A DNA stretch of 64,000 nt from Deltaproteobacteria bacterium (GTDB lineage: Bacteria; Myxococcota_A; Polyangia; Fen-1088): assembly GCA_033763315.1 (NCBI GenBank), contig JANRKS010000002.1:192001-256000 (forward strand). Direction: 5' to 3'. The stretch's first letter is position 1. Every line of letters starts with the position of its first letter. Below, in pieces: positions 18,974-27,277 of this stretch. The position numbers and the translations under genes were made by a program. Below the pieces are notes generated by a model that was not told the DNA's origin, ran no database searches, and worked only from the letters and a program-made list of their open reading frames with translations.

Positions 18974-20986
18974 ATGCGTAACGAAACGGGCACTAGCGGG
19001 ACGTCCAAGAACGGTATGCTCTCCGCGAACCACCTCCGGGTGACCTCGACCGCCTTCATTTGCGGGCTGGTGCTCGCTTGTTCGGAGCGGGCGCCTGCCG
19101 ACCCGGGTAGGGCCGCGGGAACCGCCCCGCCCGTGCAGACCGGCGGTTCCGGTGGAGGAGGTGTCGACGACCCTCATGCGGGTAACGGCGGTTCGCCCGT
19201 CGGCCCAGTGCCCCCTCCCGCGGCGTCGGTTGCGGCGCTCTGCGACGACCAGTCCACCTGCCTTGCATGCGTCGGCGGCCATGACTGTGCCGTTGGGGTT
19301 TCGCACATCGAGGGAACCTGCTGCGGGCAGGGGGATCCCTTGGTGCAGATTGGCCGCGGCATGGCCGCTGAAGCGGTGGACATCACCGTCAGGGATGGCG
19401 TCGCGGTTCTTTGCGGTGGCTTCGGCGCAAACGTCTCGGACGTGAGCAAGCCGTCCGTGCCTCGCTTCATCGGGGTCGCGGGCGAACGGTGCCAGCACGG
19501 TGCCTTCGGCCCCCGCACCGAGAGGGGACAGATTCTCTACCTGACTCACCACGGTGACTCCTGGGTGAGCACCCCCTCGCTTTCGACCTGGCTGGTCACG
19601 GCAAACGCGATCGAAGTCCTCGACACCATCGAAGACCCGAACCGGCTCTGGGAAGGGCCCGCTTGGCAGGCGGGCTTCTTGTATGTCGCGGCCCACCAAG
19701 GTGGCCTGTTGACGTACCGCACGTCTGGCGACGGGCTTCCCAGGTTGGTGCATACGCTGGGAGGTTTCAAGAACGCATGGAAAGTGGAGGTCGCAGGTCC
19801 GGTCGCCTACGTGGTGGACAACGACGACGGCGTATACGTGATCGATCTTCGCAACCCCGAGGCGCCAGCGGTAAGCCAGTTGGTCGAGACCACGGGCAAG
19901 CCGCGTGATCTGGCGATCGGGGACGGGCGCGTTTACGTGGCGTTGGGGGGAAGCGGCGTCGATGTGTTCGACATCGCCGCCGATGGGCTCGATTTGGGGA
20001 AGGTCAACAACATCGACACGCTCGGTTCGGCCCAGTCGGTCTCTGTCGCCGAAGGCGTGCTGGCCGTTGCGGCTTGGACGCATGTTGCGACCTATGACGC
20101 GCGCACGCTCATGTTGCTCGCCACCGAGACCACCCGTGGTTTTCCCGAGTTCGAACAGAACCTCGGCGTGTCATCGGTGGGCAAGCACGTCTTTGTCGCT
20201 GAGTGGGAGTTCCTGTTCACCCTCGAGCACCGGCCGGGCCTGGTTGCTCCCGACATGTGGGTGGATGCCCAGCAATATCAGTTCCCACGAGACGAGGCCC
20301 GCGCCAGGGCCATCATCGTCAGGAATGTCGGGCGGCTTCCCGTCGAGATCGACGCGATCTCGGCGGGAGACGCCGCCTTCGCCCTCGACAAGACCAAGCT
20401 TTCGATCCCGCCGCGAGAGGCCGCCGCGGTCGAGCTCACCTACAGCCCCACTGCTGGAAAAGAACAGTCGCTTCTCGAGATTTCGAGCAACGATCCCGAC
20501 CCTGAGCAAGCGAGCTGGCAAGGGGGCCTGCTGGTATCGTCGGATGCTGGGCTCGATGTGGGAGATCGGCTCGACGACGCTTTCGCGTTCCTCGACCCGA
20601 ACGGACAGAACCAAGTGGCGGGCCTTCAGGGCAAGGTGATAGTTCTTTCGTACTTTGCGTTGTTCTGACCGATCTGCGGTCTGGAGTTGCCAGACGTGGA
20701 ATCTCAGATATGGCGAAAGTACCGCGACCGCGGGGTCTTGGTGTTCGGCATCCACAGCGGAGAGGACCCGAAACTGTTGGCTGATTTCATCCAGCAGACC
20801 GGCGTTACATTTCCCGTGACCGAGGACGTGGGCGACACGCTGTTTCGGCTCCGCTTCCCTCGCGGCGTGGGGTATCCGTATCCGCGAGACGTGGTGATTG
20901 GAAAGGATGGCACGATTCGACTCATCGCCAACGCCTTCGACGTTGCCGAGATGGATGCGCTGCTGCAGAGATTGATCAACGAATGA
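18974..20986 (+). CDS. Predicted selenoprotein: lipoprotein with LVIVD-like beta-propeller, Ig-like domain and C-terminal TlpA/redoxin domain with a UxxC site (Sec at 20666-20668)
   Basis: ORFs 18974..20668 and 20687..20986 are in frame across one TGA, giving LQGKVIVLSYFALF-U-PICGLELPDVE...GVLVFGIH...FPV...YPYP; hairpin downstream; sel genes nearby. Confidence 0.85.
20679..20695 (+). promoter_or_regulatory. Putative bacterial SECIS element
   Basis: GTCTGG-AGTTG-CCAGAC stem-loop; loop begins 16 nt after the UGA and has G at its second position. Confidence 0.7.
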
Positions 20987-23577
20987 ACGGTCGACAACCC
21001 GTGAGGAGAGGTGCGAGAGCGTCTTGGGCGGCGGCGGGTGTGGCCTGCGCGCTGGCGTACCTTGCATCTCCGAGGGCGACCGCGGGACCAGGGGGGACGG
21101 CCGGTCCGATCCTGACCTACGATGCCCGTGTCTCGGCGAGACTCTCCTCGCTCGATGTTAGTGTCGCAATTCCCCCGGGGCTCTCCGATCGGCTCGTTGG
21201 TGACCATGATGCCGCGGCGTTCGTGTCACATGTCGAGTTGGTCACGCAGAAAGGTCGGGTCCCCGCGCGGCGGCTGAAGGAGGGGGACTGGGACCTCGGA
21301 GAATGTCGACTCAGGGGGTGCGCGGTCCGATACGCATTTTCCCTGGCCGATGCCGCGCGGCCGTCTGCGGGGGTCGACGACGTGTATCGGATCGGAGGCG
21401 TGATTCACGCTCCGACGACCGCCTGGCTGTTGCGTCCCGCGGGGGCGTCCGCCGGTCTGCCCTACAGGCTGCGGGTGCGATCACCACCCGGGGTGTCGTT
21501 CGCGACGGGCGTACCGTCAGCAGGGGACGGCCCCGGCGACCACATTTCAGTGCTGCCGCCGCCCTTCGCGGGATCGTCGACGCTCTTCGGCGCGTTTCGC
21601 AGCCAGCGACTTTCGGTCGCGGGTTCGACCCTGCACGTGGTGTTCACGTCGAGAGACCGACGCGCCGACGAATGGGTGTTGCGCTGGCTCAAGCGCTCCG
21701 CCGAAGCTGTCGCGTCCTATTTCGGAGGTTTCCCGGTCAAGGAGGTGCTGGTCTTCGTCCGGCCGCACGCGCATCACGGACAGCAGTTCGGGGGCGACGG
21801 CGCCGCCATCGTCGTGGGTTCCCCACCGGGCCGCGATCCAGGGCAAGGCGAGGATGCGTGGATAGCCGTACATGAGATGGTGCACCTTGGGTTTCCCGAG
21901 GTCGAGCCGCACCAGAGATGGGCGAGCGAGGGACTTGCCACATATCTCGAGCCGGTCATTCGGGCGCGTGCGGGGTGGATTCCTGCCGAGGACGTGTGGC
22001 ACGAGTTTCGTCGCCGGATGCCCGAGGGGCTGCCAGGGCCCGCGGATGAAGGCCTCGATCGGACGACGGCCTGGGGACGAATCTACTGGGGGGGCGCGAT
22101 CTTCTGGCTTCTGGCCGACGTCGAGCTGCGAGCGCGCTCGCACGGCCTCGTGTCGCTGCAGGCCGTGCTGCAGGGCTTGCTTCGGGCGGGAGGAGACACC
22201 ACGGCCGCTTGGAGCATGGACGAGGTATCCCGAATCCTCGACGAGGCAGCGGGCATGTCGGTGGTGGGGCCTCTCTATCGCGAACATGGGGCGCGCCCGG
22301 TGTCAACGAACCTCGCCGATTCGTGGCGGCGCCTGGGCGTGGCCGCGGATGGCGCGAGGGATGGAGCGCCTGAGTCATGGATTCGGCGCGCGATCGCCGA
22401 AGTCCCGGGCGGCGAGGAGGCGCTCTGTCTTGCAGATGGGCGCATCGTCGATCCCGAGAGAGGGCTCACGAGCAGACCCATGAATCTCACGATCCGGGCG
22501 GGCGTGATTGCTCGCATCGGACCTGACGAAGACGTGAGCTGCCGGGGACGCCGTATCGAACTCGACGGAGCGTATTTGGTCCCCGGGTTCGTCGATGCCC
22601 ACACGCACACGTTTCGCAACCCGTCGCCAACAGGCCGCGGCGCCGAGCACCTCGGGCGAGTGGCTTTCACGAGAAGGATTGTTCGGGCTGGGGTCATGGC
22701 CGTCGCTGACCTAGGCGACGAGATGTCGACACTGTTCCCCGCGCGCGACCGACTGCGCGGTGAGAGCGAGCACGCGGTCTTGCTTGCGGCGGCGCCCATC
22801 ACTGTGCCGGCCCTGCCCGACAACCGTGAACGCGCGGCGGTGGACGTCGGCGACGCCATGGGGGTTCGACCCGCGGTCATCAAGCTATTCTACCGTGGCG
22901 GAGACATCGAGTCGTACGTCAGGGCGGCGCGCGGCCATGGCTTCAAGACAGTGGTCCACATCGAGCGATTCGTAGACGCCATGGCGGCGGCAGCGGCGGG
23001 GGCGGACGCGATCACGCACCTCGAGGACGAACGGGTGATCCCCGACGACCTCGTCGCCATGATGAGGCGGCAGGGTACGATCAGCATTCCCACGATGGCG
23101 GTGCAGTGCGATCTGGCCCGCATCGCGTCCTCGCCCGACATGCTCGACGATCGGCTGCTGCGGTCTCTGGTCTCGCCCGCGTTGCTTGCCGAATACCGGG
23201 CCGTGCACGCGTACTCGGCGGATGCCGTTCGTTGGATGCGCTGGCAACGTCAGGGTTGTGATGACAACGACATCCGCTCGATCGGCAAGCTGAGCAGGAT
23301 GCGTGTGCCCATCCTCGCGGGGTCGGATGGGGATAACCTGGGCGTCTTCCAGGGCTATTCGTTGCACCGTGAGATGGAGCTGCTGGTCGAGGGCGGATTG
23401 TCGAGCGGGGAAGCGCTGGCCGCCGCCACCACCAGGGCGGCAGGGTTCTACGGGCTGCCGTGGGGGATCGACGTGGGGCGGCCGGCCAATCTGGTCGCCC
23501 TCGACGGCTCCCCGCTCGACGACATTCGCAACACGCGGCGGATTCGGCTGGTCATCTATCGCGGCAGGGTACGGTGA
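20983..23577 (+). CDS. Fusion of a gluzincin (M61-like) metallopeptidase and an amidohydrolase
   Basis: HEMVH...WASEGLATY; then PGFVDAHTH, VVH, ITH, AGSD and PANLVALDGSPLDDI; ATGA overlap with the upstream gene. Confidence 0.75.
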   Translation: MNGRQPVRRGARASWAAAGVACALAYLASPRATAGPGGTAGPILTYDARVSARLSSLDVSVAIPPGLSDRLVGDHDAAAFVSHVELVTQKGRVPARRLKEGDWDLGECRLRGCAVRYAFSLADAARPSAGVDDVYRIGGVIHAPTTAWLLRPAGASAGLPYRLRVRSPPGVSFATGVPSAGDGPGDHISVLPPPFAGSSTLFGAFRSQRLSVAGSTLHVVFTSRDRRADEWVLRWLKRSAEAVASYFGGFPVKEVLVFVRPHAHHGQQFGGDGAAIVVGSPPGRDPGQGEDAWIAVHEMVHLGFPEVEPHQRWASEGLATYLEPVIRARAGWIPAEDVWHEFRRRMPEGLPGPADEGLDRTTAWGRIYWGGAIFWLLADVELRARSHGLVSLQAVLQGLLRAGGDTTAAWSMDEVSRILDEAAGMSVVGPLYREHGARPVSTNLADSWRRLGVAADGARDGAPESWIRRAIAEVPGGEEALCLADGRIVDPERGLTSRPMNLTIRAGVIARIGPDEDVSCRGRRIELDGAYLVPGFVDAHTHTFRNPSPTGRGAEHLGRVAFTRRIVRAGVMAVADLGDEMSTLFPARDRLRGESEHAVLLAAAPITVPALPDNRERAAVDVGDAMGVRPAVIKLFYRGGDIESYVRAARGHGFKTVVHIERFVDAMAAAAAGADAITHLEDERVIPDDLVAMMRRQGTISIPTMAVQCDLARIASSPDMLDDRLLRSLVSPALLAEYRAVHAYSADAVRWMRWQRQGCDDNDIRSIGKLSRMRVPILAGSDGDNLGVFQGYSLHREMELLVEGGLSSGEALAAATTRAAGFYGLPWGIDVGRPANLVALDGSPLDDIRNTRRIRLVIYRGRVR

Positions 23578-23604
23578 TCTCGGCGCTGCGGCGAGGTTCT
23601 GCGC

Positions 23605-24777
23605 TCACGGGCAGACTGCAGCCGGGGCCGACGACGCTGGTTCGCATCGCGCGGTGATGATAGTCCCAGCGCCTCCGCGGAGCGCGGTGGTCGCGGCCCG
23701 AAGCGTTCCGTCGATCTGGATTCGTGCGCCCTCCGCGATCATCAACGTTCCCGCCAGGTGAAGATCGCCCGCTACGAAGGCAGGGACATCGATGAGCAGC
23801 TGGGCGCCTGACTCAACGATGAGATCCTTGGCGACGAAAGCTGGACCGCCGGTCAGGGTGACCCGCGCTGGCGCGCTGACCCTCACATGGTTGAGGAACG
23901 CCGCTTCATCCGAAGGGGGAGCGAGGCAGGCCGCGTCCTCGCACGAGAGCACCACTCGTTGAGGCTCCCGGCCATCGAGAACGAGACTGTGCCCCTCGGA
24001 CGGCCTGTAGGCGCCCCGCTCGACCGAAAAATCACCGCCGACCGTGAGCGTGCCGTTCGTCAGGACGCCGCGGACGGCGCCCCCCGCGAGGCTGACCGAG
24101 CCGCGGACGTTCACGACGCCTCCCGCGTCCTTCATCAGGAGGCGCGCGGTGCCGTTCGAGCGCAGGCCGCCCGATACGAACATCCGGTGCGCCCCCACCT
24201 CGAGAAGGTTGCGGCCTTCGATGGCCACGTCGCCATCGACGCCCACGTCACCGTCCAGCCGGACCACGCCCTGGACGGTGAGCCCGGGGACCATCCCCCT
24301 GATCTGCGTGCGAAGACCGTCCACCAAGACCATGCCCGGTCCCAGCACGACGGCATCGAGATACTCGAAGATGTGCAGCGTGTGGCCATCCGACGAGATC
24401 GGGTGAGAGGCCGGTGCGCACAGGCTCGCCACGCTCGTGAACGCGACCAGCCTTGGAGCTCCGGGGGCCGCCACGCTGATCGCCACCGACTCGTCTGATC
24501 GTGGGGGGTGCGGCGGATACCAGGCGGTCCCGTCGTTCCAGGGTGAAGACGCGCCAATCCACCTGCGTTCCACGGGTCGCGGACCGCCACACGGGGCCAA
24601 CCCATTGGGGGCGTCCGCTTCGTGAGCGTCGGCGGATGCGAAAGAGCGCGCGTCCCCATCCGCCGCGGTCATGATTTTTGGATCGGCCATGCACGCGAAC
24701 GGAGCCAGCAGCAACACGATCGCAAGGCGAGTGCTGATCTTCGGCGGAGGATCAGGCAACATGCGCGCGCTCGCCAT
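23605..24777 (-). CDS. Hypothetical exported beta-strand-rich protein
   Basis: Signal peptide/lipobox-like PFAC; W..G..W motif; Gly/Val-rich beta repeats. Confidence 0.5.
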   Translation of the reverse strand: MASARMLPDPPPKISTRLAIVLLLAPFACMADPKIMTAADGDARSFASADAHEADAPNGLAPCGGPRPVERRWIGASSPWNDGTAWYPPHPPRSDESVAISVAAPGAPRLVAFTSVASLCAPASHPISSDGHTLHIFEYLDAVVLGPGMVLVDGLRTQIRGMVPGLTVQGVVRLDGDVGVDGDVAIEGRNLLEVGAHRMFVSGGLRSNGTARLLMKDAGGVVNVRGSVSLAGGAVRGVLTNGTLTVGGDFSVERGAYRPSEGHSLVLDGREPQRVVLSCEDAACLAPPSDEAAFLNHVRVSAPARVTLTGGPAFVAKDLIVESGAQLLIDVPAFVAGDLHLAGTLMIAEGARIQIDGTLRAATTALRGGAGTIITARCEPASSAPAAVCP

Positions 24778-27076
24778 CTAGGCTCAAACGGATGGACGGA
24801 CCCGCGTCGTCCTTCACCACGTCGCCGATCACGGTGGCCTCGGAATACCCGGCCGCCCGACACGCGGACACGAACGCGTGGGCGCGATCGGAGCCGACCC
24901 CCACGAGGAGGCCCCCTGAGGTCTGCGGGTCGTGAATGAGCTCGCGCAGCGGCTTTGCCCACGTGGGTAGAGGAGCACCCCCAGGGACGACGGCGAGGGG
25001 GACTGTGCCCCCACGGTTTTGTTCGTGGTAGGTGCTGGCGATGCCCTGTGACAGCAGAGCGAGCGCACCTGGCAAGGCCGGCACCCTCGCGAGGTGCAGC
25101 GTCGCTGCGAGCCGCGCGTCGCGCAGCATCTCGCCGAGGTGCCCGACGAGGCCGAAGCCGGTGACGTCAGTCGCAGCGTGAACGCCTTCACTTCGTGCGA
25201 GCTGTCCCGCCGCGAGATTGGATTGTCTCGCGAAGTGGGTTGCGGCCCGGTACCAGCTGCCTCGCGCGCGGCCCAGCATGTGGGCCCGAAAGATCACGCC
25301 GGTGCCAAGCGGCTTGGTCAAGATCAGCGCGTCTCCCGCGCGCATCCCCCGCCGGGGAAGCGGCGCCTGGCCGGGTTCGAGGTAACCGGAGATCGTGAGG
25401 CCGACGTGAAGCGACTTCTCGTCCACGAGGCCGATGCTGGTGTGGCCTCCGATGAGCTGCACGTGCATGTCGGTCAGCGCCTGCTTCATCCCTGCCATCA
25501 CCTGCTCGAGCAGGGACCTCTGCTCATGTCCGGGGCGATCGGGGATGGTCAACATGGCCAGTGCGTGATGCGGTAGCGCGCCCTTCGCGGCCAGGTCAGA
25601 GGCAGCGTGCACGGCCGCGACGAATCCGACCAGCCAGGGATCATCCGTGAATGGCCGGAAGCCGTCGGTGCTGGTGAGCAGCAAGCGTCCGTCCGCCTGG
25701 CGCACCGCCGCGACGTCCTCACGGTCGGGCATGCCGAGCACGACGGACCCCTCGCGTTCCGCCGCCGGCGGGAGCGGCGCCGCGCCCACGTCTCCATGGA
25801 TCGTCTCGAGGTTGGCCAAGCCGACCTTCGCCGCGCATCCTCCGCAAGAGGCCGCGGGCATTGTCTCGGACACCTCGGTGAGGTTGTTCATGGGACTACC
25901 CCACTCATCGATGAGCTGGAAGCGCGACATGAACCGACGGTCGATTCGATCCTTGAGCCACGAGACCGCCCTGCCGTGAACCGCGAACCCCCATTTCGCG
26001 CCGATGGCAGTGCCGTCCGCCACGTTGAGGAGGCGCAAGAAGTCACGTTGAGGACGATACCTCTCGAGCGGGCGGCCCCCCACGATCCGGCGCAGGTTGG
26101 CGAGCAAGATGGGCCCGGCCCTCACCGCATAGACACCGGCGCGCGGACGATCGGGCTGCGACGTGATGGTGGCGCAATCGCCGACCGCGAAGAGGTTCGG
26201 CTGTCCCTCGACCAGCAGCCGATCGTCCGTCAGGACGAAGCCGCCCTCATCGTGCGGCAGATCTGAATCACGTATCACGGCGGGTGGTGCCGCCCCGGTC
26301 GCCCAGATGGTCAGGTCGGACGGCACGACCTCACCGGATTCGGTGGTCAGAGATGAAGTGTCGACCGAGCGCACTCGGGTGCTGCCCCGGAACGCGATGT
26401 GATGCCGTGTGAGCGCATCGAAGACCAGCGTGGTGGAACGCCTGCCGGCCCCTGGTAGCGGCGTCGGGGAGTCCCCGAGCAGTGTGAGGACGTGGGGACG
26501 CCCTCCCCCAGGAGCGGAGCGGAGTCGCCTGGCGATCGCGAACGCAAGCTCGAGCCCCGCCGCGCCCGCGCCCACGATGACGACGCGCAGGGGACGACGC
26601 GAGTTGGTTGGCTCGAGCTTCGCCTCGAGCCTCGCGATCAGCTCTGCGATGGGACGTGTGGCGACCGCATGCGCGGGAACCCCGGTTCCGTCCTTGCCTT
26701 TGGTGACCGAACCCACGTTCAGGCTGGCGTAGTCGTATCGGAGCGCGGTTCGCCCTGCGAGCTCGACGCGGCTGCCGCGTGCATCGATCCGGGTCGCCTT
26801 CGCGATCACGAGCCGCGCCCCGGCCCTTGCGGCGAGCGGGGCGATGTCGATCGTGGCTTGTTCGCGCGTGTATTGACCCGCGACGACCCCTGGGACCATC
26901 CCCGAGTAGAGCACCTCCGGTTGGTCCACCACCACGGTCAGCCGTGCCCCGGGGACCGGTTTCATCATCCACCCTCGCAGGATTTGCACGTGCGCGTGGC
27001 CCCCTCCGACCAAGATGATGTCGGCTCGATGCTCGCGAACGACTTTCGTCGCGTCAGTGCTCACGCTGGCCACCAC
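24752..27076 (-). CDS. selD: Selenide, water dikinase fused to an N-terminal FAD-dependent oxidoreductase
   Basis: GGGHAH, YSGMVPG, GAGAAG and FAVGDCA (flavoprotein); then SCGGCAAKVG, GGHT, LTKPLGTG, TDVTGFGLVGH and DPQTSGGLL (SelD). Confidence 0.93.
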   Translation of the reverse strand: MVASVSTDATKVVREHRADIILVGGGHAHVQILRGWMMKPVPGARLTVVVDQPEVLYSGMVPGVVAGQYTREQATIDIAPLAARAGARLVIAKATRIDARGSRVELAGRTALRYDYASLNVGSVTKGKDGTGVPAHAVATRPIAELIARLEAKLEPTNSRRPLRVVIVGAGAAGLELAFAIARRLRSAPGGGRPHVLTLLGDSPTPLPGAGRRSTTLVFDALTRHHIAFRGSTRVRSVDTSSLTTESGEVVPSDLTIWATGAAPPAVIRDSDLPHDEGGFVLTDDRLLVEGQPNLFAVGDCATITSQPDRPRAGVYAVRAGPILLANLRRIVGGRPLERYRPQRDFLRLLNVADGTAIGAKWGFAVHGRAVSWLKDRIDRRFMSRFQLIDEWGSPMNNLTEVSETMPAASCGGCAAKVGLANLETIHGDVGAAPLPPAAEREGSVVLGMPDREDVAAVRQADGRLLLTSTDGFRPFTDDPWLVGFVAAVHAASDLAAKGALPHHALAMLTIPDRPGHEQRSLLEQVMAGMKQALTDMHVQLIGGHTSIGLVDEKSLHVGLTISGYLEPGQAPLPRRGMRAGDALILTKPLGTGVIFRAHMLGRARGSWYRAATHFARQSNLAAGQLARSEGVHAATDVTGFGLVGHLGEMLRDARLAATLHLARVPALPGALALLSQGIASTYHEQNRGGTVPLAVVPGGAPLPTWAKPLRELIHDPQTSGGLLVGVGSDRAHAFVSACRAAGYSEATVIGDVVKDDAGPSIRLSLDGERAHVA

Positions 27077-27149
27077 CGGTACTGGATGTCCCGCCGCCGT
27101 CGCGAACTTGGCTCTTGAAAGGATGCGCGGATGTACCTACCCTCTGGCT

Positions 27150-27246
27150 GGAGGCGCCACTGGCACTGGTGGCTGGCTCGGTCTTCAAAACCGATGGGAC
27201 GCACCCTGGCGGCGCGTTCGGCGGGTTCGATTCCCGTGCGCTTCCG
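27150..27246 (+). tRNA. selC: tRNA-Sec (anticodon UCA)
   Basis: 8-bp acceptor stem GGAGGCGC/GCGCTTCC; anticodon stem TCGGT/ACCGA with loop CTTCAAA (TCA at 27185-27187); long variable arm; GGTTCGATTCC T-arm; G discriminator; CCA not encoded. Confidence 0.93.
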
Positions 27247-27277
27247 CAACTCACCTCTTCCAGATCGGGACTCGACA

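Noticed and set aside
18404-20083. Long antisense or alternate-frame ORFs (also 31322-33037, 43326-44942, 51898-53292, 54626-56350)
   Set aside because: Shadow ORFs typical of high-GC DNA, opposite well-supported genes.
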